Below are positions 1 through 11,221 of a stretch of DNA of 64,000 nucleotides, piece by piece (position 1 is the first letter of the stretch; each line of letters starts with the position of its first letter). The notes beneath the pieces were generated by a model. It was not told the origin of the DNA, did not search any database, and saw nothing but the letters and a program-made list of their open reading frames with translations. Where the stretch lies: NCBI RefSeq assembly GCF_021028975.2, contig NC_059437.1, positions 54,374,001 through 54,438,000 on the forward strand, read 5' to 3'. This stretch comes from Sphaerodactylus townsendi. Taxonomy: Eukaryota. The position numbers and the translations under genes were made by a program.

Positions 1-2143
1 AGGAAAAAATTAAACCGGATTAAGCTAAACCCAGCCACTGCCTTGATCTGAGGAAAAAATTAAACCGGATTAAGCTAAACCCAGCCACTGCCTTGATCTG
101 AGGAAAAATTAAACCGGATTAAGCTAAACCCAGCCACTGCCTTGATCTGAGGAAGAAAGAGTTAAACCGGATTAAGCTAAACCCAGCCACTGCCTTGATC
201 TTGAAGAAAAAAAGATTAAACAGGATTAAAGCTTTCAAACCCAGCCACTGCCTTGATCTGAGGAAAAAATTAGAAGCGGATTAAGCTTAAACCCAGCCAC
301 TGCCTTGATCTGAGGGAAAAAAAGTTAAACCGGATTAAGCTAGAAACCCAGCCGCTGCCTTGATCTGAGGAAAAATTAAACTGATTAAGCTAAACCCAGC
401 CATAGCTGCTCCAGTGATCTGAGGAAAAAATTTAAACCGGATTAAGCTAAAGCCCAGCCACCTGCCTTGATCTGAGGAAAAGTTAAACCCGGATTAAGCT
501 AAACCCAGCCACTTGCTCTAGCAGTCTGAGGGAAAAAATTAAAGCCAGTTAAGATGAACCCAGCCACTGCCTTGATCTGGAGGAAAAAATTAAACCGGCA
601 GTTAAGCTAAAGCCCAGCCACTGCCTTTGATCTGAGGAAAAAATTAGAAACCGGATTAAGCTAAACCCAAGCCACTGCCTTGATCTGAGGAAAAATTAAA
701 CCAGTTAAGCTAAACCCAGCCACTGCTCCAGATGCACGGGAAAAGTTAAACCGGATTAAGCTAAACCCAGCCACTGCCTTGATCTGAGGAAAAAATTAAA
801 CCGGATTAAGCTAAACCCAGCCACTGCCTTGATCTGAGGAAAAAGTTAAACCGGATTAAGCTAAACCCAGCCACTGCCTTGATCTGAGGAAAAAGTTAAA
901 CCGGATTAAGCTAAACCCAGCCACTGCCTTGATCTGAGGAAAAAATTAAACCAGATTAAGCTAAACCCAGCCACTGCCTTGATCTGAGGAAAAAAATTAA
1001 ACCGGATTAAGCTAAACCCAGCCACTGCCTTGATCTGAGGAAAAAATTAAACCGATTGCTAAACCCAGCCACTGCCTTGATCTGAGGAAAAAATTAAACC
1101 GGATTAAGCTAAACCCAGCCACTGCCTTGATCTGAGGAAAAAAATTAAACCGGATTAAGCTAAACCCAGCCACTGCCTTGATCTGAGGAAAAAATTAAAC
1201 CGGATTAAGCTAAACCCAGCCACTGCCTTGATCTGAGGAAAAAGTTAAACCGGATTAAGCTAAACCCAGCCACTGCCTTGATCTGAGGAAAAATTAAAAC
1301 CGATTAAGCTAAAACCAGCCACTGCCTTGATCTGAGGAAAAAATTAAACCGGATTAAGCTAAACCCAGCCACTGCCTTGATCTGAGGAAAAAATTAAACC
1401 GGATTAAGCTAAACCCAGCCACTGCCTTGATCTGAGGAAAAAATTAAACCGGATTAAGCTGAACCCAGCCACTGCCTTGATCTGAGGAAAAAATTAAACC
1501 GGATTAAGCTAAACCCAGCCACTGCCTTGATCTGAGGAAAAAATTAAACCGGATTAAGCTAAACCCAGCCACTGCCTTGATCTGAGGAAAAAATTAAACC
1601 GGATTAAGCTAAACCCAGCCACTGCCTTGATCTGAGGAAAAAGTTAAACCGGATTAAGCTAAACCCAGCCACTGCCTTGATCTGAGGAAAAAATTAAACC
1701 GGATTAAGCTAAACCCAGCCACTGCCTTGATCTGAGGAAAAAATTAAACCGGATTAAGCTAAACCCAGCCACTGCCTTGATCTGAGGAAAAAGTTAAACC
1801 GGATTAAGCTAAACCCAGCCACTGCCTTGATCTGAGGAAACATTTAAGCCGGATTAAGCTAAACCCAGCCACTGCCTTGATCTGAGGAAAGTAAAACCGA
1901 TTAAGCTAAACCCAGCCACTGCCTTGATCTGAGGAAAAAATTAAACCGGATTAAGCTAAACCCAGCCACTGCCTTGATCTGAGGAAAAAGTTAAACCGGA
2001 TTAAGCTAAACCCAGCCACTGCCTTGATCTGAGGAAAATTTTTAACCGGATTAAGCTGAACCCAGCCACTGTCTTGATCTGAGGAAAGACTTAACCCGGA
2101 TTAAGCTGAACCTAGTCACTGTCTTGATCTGAGGAAAAAATTA
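1..2143. repeat. 50-bp minisatellite (~42 copies; unit GAGGAAAAAATTAAACCGGATTAAGCTAAACCCAGCCACTGCCTTGATCT) in RHOF intron 1, truncated by the window edge
   Basis: Exact 50-nt period is visible (TCTGAGGAAA at 1381, 1431, 1481 ...). There are no unique spacers. Copies at ~150-740 are indel-rich and copies degenerate at ~2040-2143. Confidence 0.97.
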
Positions 2144-2249
2144 AGGCGGATTGTGCCAGAATGTGGTCTGAGGAGAGCCTGAGGGGAAAGTGTGGAGTTC
2201 TAGAAGTTTCTGACCCAGGCCTAAAATCGCCCATCTTTTTTTGGGGGGG

Positions 2250-2790
2250 GGGGGGCGCCAGCGCTGATTGGCTGAGAAGGGCTGAGTGGCTGCTGGGGCT
2301 ATAAAAGAGGGACGCGGCTGCCCCTCACTCACCTCAGGGAAAGTCCCCCTCGCGTAGACCTGGAGGAGCGACGTCTTCCCGCAGCTCCCGTCGCCCACCA
2401 CCACCACCTTCAGCGATTCCCGCTTCTTCTTCCCCTCGGGCGGGCAGGCAGGAGGCGAGGCGGCCGCCGCCGTCGGGCCAGCTTCTCCTTCGGCGGCCGG
2501 CGCTGCTGGGGCCGCCCCGTTGGCGACGGCCATGAGGAGAGGAGCCCTTTTTCTCCCCTCAGCCAGAAAGCGCGGGAAAGCAGCAGACGCCCGAGAGGCT
2601 GAGGGGAAGCGGTCTGGCGGGAAAGGAGGCTTTCCCCTCTCCTGGCTATTTACTATTATTCGGTGTTCTTATTGTATATGGCGGCTGCAGCCTCCTGCAG
2701 TCTTTTTTGTGGAGCCGACGGAGCCTTTCTGAGGAGGCGCGGGTGGCTCATCGGTCGAGGTTTCCCTTGCGGGAAGGCGGCCTCTTCCTC
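2250..2790. promoter_or_regulatory. CpG island / RHOF promoter and first exon
   Basis: GC- and CpG-rich stretch around the RHOF ATG, with a YY1-like ATGGCGGC at ~2678. Confidence 0.75.
2333..2533 (-). CDS. RHOF: Rho-family small GTPase RhoF (Rif), coding exon 1 (67 codons)
   Basis: MAVANG...LKVVVVGDGSCGKTSLLQVYARGTFPE contains the Rho P-loop. Canonical donor GAG|GTGAGT at 2333/2332. RHOF is preferred over RHOD because of synteny with SETD1B and HPD. Confidence 0.88.
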
Positions 2791-3090
2791 TTTGCTTCAC
2801 ACTTTTTTGAAGCATGTGGAAAATAGGTTTTGGACTGACGTCTTTTCACACGAAAGGGGGGCAGTGCATCATCTGCGTCAAATCATGCCTTACATGCTCG
2901 TGGTTTTTTACTTTTTGCAATACCAGCACATGGTCTTTCCCCCACTTTCACAACAACCCTGTAAGAAAAGTCCTCAGTTACCCAAGCCTCCCTGATGAGA
3001 GTCCTTTTACACTACGCTTGCATTCTTTGGCATCCTAGTGTGCTTTGTGTCACACCTTTCCAACAAGGAAGGGGAGGGTGCCCATTGTAT

Positions 3091-3205
3091 TCCATTTTTA
3101 CCCTCACAACAACCTTGTGAGGCAGGATAGACTGACAGCAATTACCACAAGTCCTTCCAAGTGAGTTTTGTGTCTGAGCAGGGGATTGGAACTGGCGTCT
3201 TCCTG
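3091..3205 (-). mobile_element. Degenerate SINE fragment
   Basis: CCATTTTTACCCTCACAACAACCTTGTGAGG...GGGGATTGGAAC is the reverse complement of the SINE body and B-box seen at 5506-5826. Confidence 0.6.
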
Positions 3206-3447
3206 AACTGGAGACCTTCATTGCCACTTGGGCCCGCCCAGCTGCTCGAAAAACCTCAACTGGCCGTTGTTTGGGGGCCTCTGCCACCGACCCCTCACAC
3301 ACCAAGCTCACCCTGGAATCGCAGAGGAGCCTCTCAGCTTGCCCGACCAAAGCCACACACACTGCAAGTCAGCAGCAGCAGGCAGACACAAAGGAGGTAG
3401 AAAAAGTTCATGTGCTACTCCATTCCCCTATAGTTCATCCCAAAAAC

Positions 3448-4133
3448 CAGAGAGGCCACACTCCTGTAGTTCTCCAGCATGACTTCCCTGCAGAGAGCTG
3501 CAGCAGGGCCCACTCTGCTTCTGTGAAATATACAGCCACTTCCTCAAAGAGAACTGGAGACTGGACTGGCGGTGCAGTGGCTGTTTCCACAACACTGCAT
3601 AGAGGATAGATCAATAATGTCTCTTCACTGCTATGAGAGAGGGCACCTGGAACATGCTCCTGGGACTGCGCCTGCTGCCCTTTCTCTGAACGAGCTCTTT
3701 TTGTCTCAGACAACTCAGCGGATGGGTCCCACATCTGCTCTGTCTGCCTCTTCTCCTCTGCCAGACTCAGGAGGAAACCTTCTGCCAGGGCCACCGCTTG
3801 CGAACTGGTCTCCAGCTCACATCCTCTGACCCAGCGCTGCATATCTTGGGGCAGGAACTGCTCCAGGATCTGCTTCCTGGAGTGCCTCTCCAGCTTCAGC
3901 CAGTGGTTGCAAATTTCATAGATCTGGCTGCAGACCTCTCAGGGTCTGTCAGCCTCCTAATAGCGGAACTGCGGGAAGCGACGGCAAAGTACTTCTGAGT
4001 TCAGAGGGTCCTGATCCCAGATCTCTGGCACAGCTGTCTCCCAGAAATCAACCCCACTCCCACCTTGATGCGATGGGGGCCTTTCTCTTCTCTCGCCAGG
4101 CCCTAGAAGTCCTTCTGGGTAGTGCTCTTCCAT
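3448..4133 (-). pseudogene. Processed SCAN-KRAB (ZKSCAN-type) zinc-finger gene pseudogene; no zinc fingers visible
   Basis: One frame reads MEEHYPEG...[63 protein letters not shown] (SCAN) ...[19 protein letters not shown], then frameshifts into [17 protein letters not shown] (KRAB-A). Stops are TAG 3957-3959 and TGA 3939-3941. There is no intron between SCAN and KRAB. Confidence 0.88.
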
Positions 4134-4173
4134 CTCCTTCCCCTTGTATTGGGTCACCTCTGACTGTGAAAAG

Positions 4174-4175
4174 AT

Positions 4176-4206
<31 letters not shown>

Positions 4207-4244
4207 TTATTTGATTTAGTATACCGCCCTATCCCCAAAGGGCG
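4174..4244 (-). mobile_element. (TTTA)n microsatellite forming the 3' tail of a truncated SINE/LINE
   Basis: ATTT repeats followed by TATACCGCCCTATCCCC, a typical reversed retroposon 3' end. Confidence 0.6.
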
Positions 4245-5505
4245 GTAGAATGAAGATGCCTTCATTCATCGAGCTGTGAAGAGAGGCTTCTCTCTGTAGG
4301 AATGCGGGGGCCAGGCAGAGACAGAGGGTAACATACTGGGAAGAAGCTGCTACTGCAGCTGCCCTCTGAGCTCATGCCACCATAGACTTTAGATCTGGAA
4401 GCCCTGCTCTGACAGATAGTCTAACTTAGTTATTGAGTGTGGTAAGAGTGCACTCCTATCATGTCCAGAGTAATAACATTATGAACTTTATTATCCCAGG
4501 CTCAGCAGTGGCCATATATGAGAAAACATTCATGGAGGACAGGGCAACCTACAGTCATTAGCCATCATTGAACCTCCAAACACAAAGGCAAGCCCTAGCA
4601 TCTGGTATTCAAATGGAGGTTGTCGCCATGGTCTTGCTCATGGGGGCCGGGTCTCTTTGGCTACTAATGCGAAACATGCAAGGACTCCATGTCCCTCCCC
4701 CCAAATCTTTGCAAATGTTTTTTTTCCCATAAAGGGTCTTAGCTTCCTCCAAAATGTTAGTATTCTGACTCTAATCATTCTTAAGGATCATGACTGGCAC
4801 TGAAATCCACAGAGTGGATCTCTTTGGAAACCACAGCCCCTAATACTGGCAATCTATAAAGCGTATTTCAAACATTTTGCTTGCCTGCTACTTTATGAAG
4901 TTTCCCAGGCTTGTACTAAAGCAAATACTCCAGAAAAGACCCTGGCCAGTGTTTAAAAACTGCTATTCAAACTTTTCTGTTCAAACTACTGGGAGTTATA
5001 AATCTTCCAGGTGTCATCATTAAACTAGGATCTGGGAAATCTTATCTACCATGGAAGCTTGCTGGATAACATTTAGACAGTCACTTGGACTAATCTATCT
5101 CACAGGGTTGTTGTGAGGGCAAAGAACAATTGAGCTTCTTTGGATCTGCATCAGGAAGAAAGGTGGGATATAAACAATGTATATAAACTGCTCTCTATAA
5201 TTTGAGCTGCTTCAACATCCATAAGAAAACACACAGAACTCTTGGGTGAGGAGTCCTAAATACAAGAATGATCTAAGTTAATTCTACCCAAACCCCATGT
5301 GGATTTTCTTTCTGAAGGAATTTCTGATGTGATTTCTACCAGGTATGTTAACAGCTGAAGCAATTGTTTTTATCAGGTCACCTAATAGCAGAACTACATT
5401 GTTGCTTTACCCCTTTTTGCAATTTAGGTGCTCAAGTGGGCTGATGAAGCGGGACAAAATCCTCATGCTGCATAATGTGTTCTTTTTTTACATATCACGT
5501 GTTGT

Positions 5506-5826
5506 GGAGCAGCAGTGGCGTAGTGGCTAAGAGCAGTGGCTAAGAGTAGGTGCACTCTGATCTGGAGGAACTGGGTTTGATTCCCAGCTCTACCGCTTGA
5601 GTTGTGGAGGCTTATCTGGGGAATTCAGATTAGCCTTTACACTCCCACGCACTCCAGCTGGGTGACCTTGGGCTAGTCACAGCTTCTTGGAGCTCTCTCA
5701 GCTCCACCCACCTCACAGAGTGTTTGTTGTGAGGGGGGGGGGAAGGGCAAGGAGATTGTCAGCCCCTTTGAGTCTCCTGCAGGAGAGAAAGGGGGTATAT
5801 AAATCCAAACTCTTCTTCTTCTTCTT
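5506..5826 (+). mobile_element. Full-length tRNA-derived SINE
   Basis: Pol III A box TGGCGTAGTGG (5516-5526), B box GGTTTGATTCC (5574-5584), and tail ATAAATCCAAACTC(TTC)n. Related copies lie at ~22840-23055, 50185-50255, 55655-55880 and 60735-60950. Confidence 0.85.
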
Positions 5827-8800
5827 GTTACAACAGTTGGACAAGGCTGTGTATATATGTAGATCATTTGGTTTATTCAACCTTTCTGAAACGGAAACTT
5901 GGTGCATTTTTAGATATCAGATTATATGAATGTGAGACTTGTAATATTTAGCCACACAAATGCATCGTTATTTGATCTTATACTCAAATATTGAACATGG
6001 AGGTATGAATACAAGCCAGCAGTATTGTCCACTCTCAATATCTGCCATTTGTAGATACAACAAGCAAGTTATTCCAGATGACTGCCAAGGATTTAATGAA
6101 TTTCAATATATGGCATCCTAAATGTAAATTTAAAAACTTCTGTTTGTTACCCATTCATTAATCATTATATAAAGTGATATCTGATTCTTTATTTAGTGCA
6201 TAAAATATTTAGAGGTTTGGTCATCCGTACAGGCAACCTGACACCCCTTGAAATCTGTATCACATCTCCTGACTTGACTTGCGGGTTTTAAGAGTTAAGG
6301 CCAAATGAAAAATCTCTTATAGATCCATGATTGGCACTTCTGCAGTCTCTCTCCTTTTTTAGAGAGATGGGGAAAAAGCTGCAATAAAAGGGATGTGGAA
6401 AGGGGCAGGCTCACTTTCATAACACACACACGTTTCCAAACTAGGTACTCTGGGCTGCAGTTATCCTTAATTACCTCTGAACTTCTTCTTGCCATGAAAA
6501 CCCTATGGGCTGCTATATTTCAGCTGCAACCTGACACCAAAAACATTTTTTTAATGGAAGGATGTATTAACTGGCCATAATTTTGGGGCCATAGAGAGTA
6601 ACCTGATAGGGGAAACCATATGGAGGATTAAAACTAAAAGACCCTTCTGCCCAGTCTGATTGAAGCTCACAGTAGGAGTGTATAACAAAGAAATATAGGA
6701 GTTGATTATCTTGTATTTTGACGTCTCTTCATATAGTCTTGCGTTTCCAGTACTTAGCTGTACCACTAGATGGCCATATAGATTTGAAAATTTAAAAAAG
6801 CATTACACTTGAAACCAACTGTAACGGCCACTAGGCTGCAGTAGTGTAAGGAAATGACCCTCCTAAATTGTGCCTATGTGCAATCGTTTCTTTAAAAAGA
6901 ATCAGTACTCTCAAATGAGTCTCAGAGTTTGGGAGGGCTCAGAAAAACCCCCACCAGTACTCAGAACCAGTAGTGTCTCCCCCATTCCCCCCCCAATAAA
7001 CCCTGTGTACGTGTCAGCAGAGATTGACTTGTGTTTCTTCAGTAACAACCATACCAAATCACTCCTGAAATTTGGAAAGCTTCACAGCTAGACTGCATAA
7101 TCAGCAAATCCATTTGACACACACAATATTTAAGTACGTCATTAGGTCTCCCAGCCTTGGCGAACAAGAGACAGAACAACACTTTTGCAACTGAACAGTT
7201 TTAATTTTTCTTAATAGCAGCATGTGTTGCAGAAATTTGAAGCTTTTTCAGTACTACCAGCTTTACAATAAATGAAAAGGCATTGTTCAGTTCCAGCTTG
7301 ACAGTGGTTGGTGTGCTTGGCCACAACATCCTGCTTCTCCTTAAACCAGTATCAGTGACATCTGCAGGCTCAGAATTCCCTAATGTGACCTTTGATAGAA
7401 AATCCATGCAAAATATGAATGCAGGTATGATTGGGCTTCTGCCCATCTTTAAAATCCTTGAAAATGGCATCTGTCATACTCCTCTGAAGTTAGTGCAGGG
7501 TTTATTTAATGGTCTTACAAAGCAACTATTTGTAAAGCACATAGTGAATCTGCAACACTTTTTATAGAACGTTAGGCAAGTCCAATTTGTAAGTCCAATT
7601 TACCTATTTGTAAAAAGTTTCCTACCAACCACTTTTCATATTGTAATTGTACAGCTCAGTCCTAGGTATGTTCGGAAGCAACATTCACTTATTCCCCACT
7701 TATGACTACAAACTGGAGTACAACGTTGGTTTCAACTTCTTTGGCATCCTCTGTAAAAAGAATAAATCAGGCCTAGAAATACAAAAAAAAATATCCTTGT
7801 TTGGCCTGTACTGTAGCTAGAACAGGTACTACATTTTTTTTACTTTGACACTTTCCATAGTAGCTATCTAAAAACATGAAAGTAGAAAGTTTGATGGAGC
7901 ATTTTTATTAGAATTCAGCATATTCTGCTTCCTGTGTTCAGTACTAGAGCTGGAGTCTTCAATACTGTAAATGTTAATTTCACAAGACGAACGGTCCCCC
8001 ATATTTACAGCAATGTAATTTCACAGAGTTTCATCAGTTTATACGTTATGTCATCCTGTGGGTTTGTTATAGATAACAATAGTCTATGTAAACGCAAGAC
8101 AAAAGCAAGTCTCTTAATTTAAATCTTGAATGAGTTTAACTATAGACAGGAGCAATTCAAAAATCACACTTTCATTAAAATCTATCTTCTCTCCCCACCT
8201 TGACTGTTTTGAAGCACTTCCAAAGTACCAGTAACATGTTTTGGTCCAACGCTACACAGAGAAGTGGTAAGTACAGGCAAACTTTATCTTCTTTTTATAA
8301 ATTAAACCCCCACTGCTACAATACTTGTAGATTTGATTACTATTTGCCAGGAAGTCCTGATGATCATATCAAATTGTACACTGTTCTCCCCTATATTATA
8401 TATATCCAAAAAGTAATAGAAGTTGTTCAATAGATACAAAAAGATCCTCGTGACAATAGGCCAGTTGCAATAATCTGAGAGACGACTAGTTCTGGGCTAC
8501 TGCTTATGGGGTTTATCCCACCCTGTTCTTTCAGCTTTTCCTCTTCAGGACAACTTGGTATGAATTGTGATGACTGGCGCTTTCAGCAGAAGTGAAAGTC
8601 CAGAATGCTGATCACCCCTTCATACAATTAGTGGAAATACATCATACAGTTAGCGGGAATAACAGCCTGTGTGAATCTTTAGAGTTATCTCCAATTAGCC
8701 ACACAGAATATTAGAAAAAGGTAGGGGTAGAAAGAAAATTGAATGAGCCTGGGAAGTTATACTCCATTCAGTTTTACTTGCCAACTTATTGAAGGGCATC

Positions 8801-11030
8801 TGAGAGGCAGCCTGTCACAGCTGTTGCTCTGACCTCCATGTAGAACACAAACACTGATTCAATTATCAACCGTTAATGAACTTCCCCAGTAAGAAACACA
8901 GATACCAGACTTAGACTTAAGATCTTCCCTCTTCCTCAGAGTCCAAGGCTAGCTACAGACTGCAGGTTTTTTTTCTGTAATATTTTTTCTGGTACCTCAC
9001 ACATTTGTATTAGATGGATATTAGATTGTCAAAAGCTATGTCAAAAGTCTCTAGTTATGATGTTTTAGTTGTATTACTAAACCAGCATACTGAAAGAGAT
9101 TAGATTATTTGTTTCTTCAACTGGCAGTCTCTGCTCTGAAACATGTGGCTCGATCTGGACACAAGTTAGGCAAGTGCTACTTCCACTATAAAACCTAAAA
9201 CCCTTGAATGCTGAGAACCTTAACACTTAAAGCCAGACCTGAAAATGCAGTTGTACTCCACATACACCAATATGTCCATTTCAACGTCATGTCTGATCCA
9301 CTTACTCCAGGGTAGTCCTAACAAAGCACAGTGAGGAAGTAGGCCAGGGCAATCATTAAGTGTATTTAAGAGCTTCCTTTGTGCCTGTAACAAACATTAA
9401 GCAATCTGGCATACATGACTTCCTCATTTATCTTCTACATGTCATAAGCAAACTGTTTTTACAGCAGTGTTAACAGCAAGCTGTTGTTTTCACTATTTCA
9501 TAGCCTTACTAATACATAGAAGTTTATGCAAGATTTTCCACCATGCTTTTAACTTTTTGAAGGGCTTCTGGGTGGCAGTCTGTATTTAGGTAGCCAGTAA
9601 TCTTCCAAGAGTAGTGTGGCCCAAATTATAACTGGTGTTCTTGTTAGTTACTGTGGAATAACTGCAATGTAGTCTTGAATATTTTGCATCCTGATCTGGA
9701 TAGCTCAGACTAGCCAGGTTTTGTCAGATCTCAGAAACCTTCTCCATCACTGACAAGCTCCTTCTTGCCTCAACCCCCTTATCACTCCTGTCCGTTTCCT
9801 CAAGCCTCATCATTCTCCACCTCCAGAAAACTTCTTCCAGTTCGCTGATAGTTCCATATACAACTTTCAGGGCTCCTTTTTTTAGCTTGCTTGTCTCCTC
9901 AGATCTATTTGCAGTTTTACGTGATTTTAACCCAAGCCCTGTTGGGAAACTTCCCTTTCCCTTGCTGAAACTGGTTCATGAAGTCAGTGTTGCAAGCCAT
10001 TATCAGCATCAGAAGTTTCATTGCTGCAAGTGTAATAAAATAGTGGTCTGACTCTGGGGGACCAGAACTCAACTTACTGCATGCCAGGTAAAGAAATTAG
10101 ATCTGGAGGGAAACCTATCTGCTGTAGCCTACCTGGCAGGGGGTTTCCTCTGCAAAGGCAAGCAACAAAACAAAGTCAGTTTTCACTAAAGCACTACCTA
10201 AGTTACATTAAAAGAAAAACCAGCTGGCACTTCTCATAGACATGCAAGCAACTTAACCCACAATACCTGACATACAGGCCTGTGACTAGAAAATTGCCAG
10301 ATTAGAGTACAACAGTTACCTACAAAAAATACACTATGCAAATGATTTCAGTGTAAAACACTTGGGCTTTTAAAGTTTACAGAAACAAACCCAGCTGCAG
10401 TGGGCAGGCACACCCAAAGAAAGTCTCAAGGCTCAGGCAAAACAGCATTTCTATTAAGATTTCAACCTCACAAATAAAGGGAGAACAGGACATATAGGAG
10501 TGGGAGAAATGGCTGGGCCGAGAAAGGCATGCTCTAACTACCTTCAATTTGCCATGGGATCCACTGGGGGCATTGTGCCCTGAATTGTGCCATATTTGTG
10601 ACTGAAAACCTCAAATCACTTATTACGGAAAAGTTCCATTGGATCTGATGGCATTACTCACGTGCCTGAGCAATGCAGCTGAAGATGTGATAAGGTTCAG
10701 ACTTGGAGTAAGCCCCAAAGTTTTTGAATACAGCTAATCAGTGGTGCAATTAAGCATTTATACTTTACAAAGTGATACTGAGGAAGCAAGTTTCTGGTTT
10801 AAGAGCACAAATTAAACAAAACTACCACATGGCTGCAGCATAAAGGGGATAAGCATCTGGACAGCAGCGCTGAAAAAGGGGAAGCCTAAAGAGCTCTAGT
10901 CAGTAACTAGCTACCTAAATATTCACTTTTTATAAACTGACACGGTTTGAAACATGGAAAAGTGTTAAATGCTGAAATTAAAGCTATTTACCACAGACAT
11001 GATACATAAAGAGGATAGAATTCCTTCACT

Positions 11031-11221
11031 CTGTGACCTGGATAGCTCAGGCTAGCCCAATCTCATTAGATCTTGGAAACCAAGCAAGCTAGTTGGATGG
11101 GAGACCACCAAGGAATACCAGAATTGCTACACACAGCCAAGCAATGGCAAACCACCTCGGTTAGCCTCTTGCCTTGAAAACCCTACGGGGTCAGCACAGG
11201 TCAGGTGCAACCTGACTGGCA
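11031..11221 (+). mobile_element. 5S rRNA-derived SINE with Sauria-type tail
   Basis: GCCCAATCTCATTAGATCTTGGAAACCAAGCA...TTGGATGGGAGACCACC resembles the 5S rRNA internal control region. It is followed by GCAATGGCAAACCACCTC...GCCTTGAAAACCCTACGGGG. A head fragment also occurs at ~9690-9740. Confidence 0.7.

Noticed and set aside
1-2143. CRISPR-like array
   Set aside because: Pure head-to-tail 50-bp tandem repeat with no unique spacers, no cas genes, and a vertebrate context.
5506-5600. tRNA gene
   Set aside because: The A/B boxes belong to a SINE head; there is no cloverleaf, and it continues into a SINE body and tail.
7201-7567. Overlapping 89-aa and 94-aa ORFs
   Set aside because: No recognisable homology, and the lengths are compatible with chance.
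8556-8616. Box C/D snoRNA-like or SECIS-like hairpin (GTGATGA 8567-8573 ... CTGA 8608-8611, internal CTGG-CTTTCA / TGAAAG-CCAG stem)
   Set aside because: Only 45 nt from box C to box D, no room for a guide, weak terminal stem, no + strand host transcript evident, and the SECIS quartet geometry does not fit. An Rfam/snoscan search would settle it.
11031-11130. 5S rRNA gene
   Set aside because: Degenerate, internally deleted and fused to a SINE tail; it is a 5S-derived SINE.
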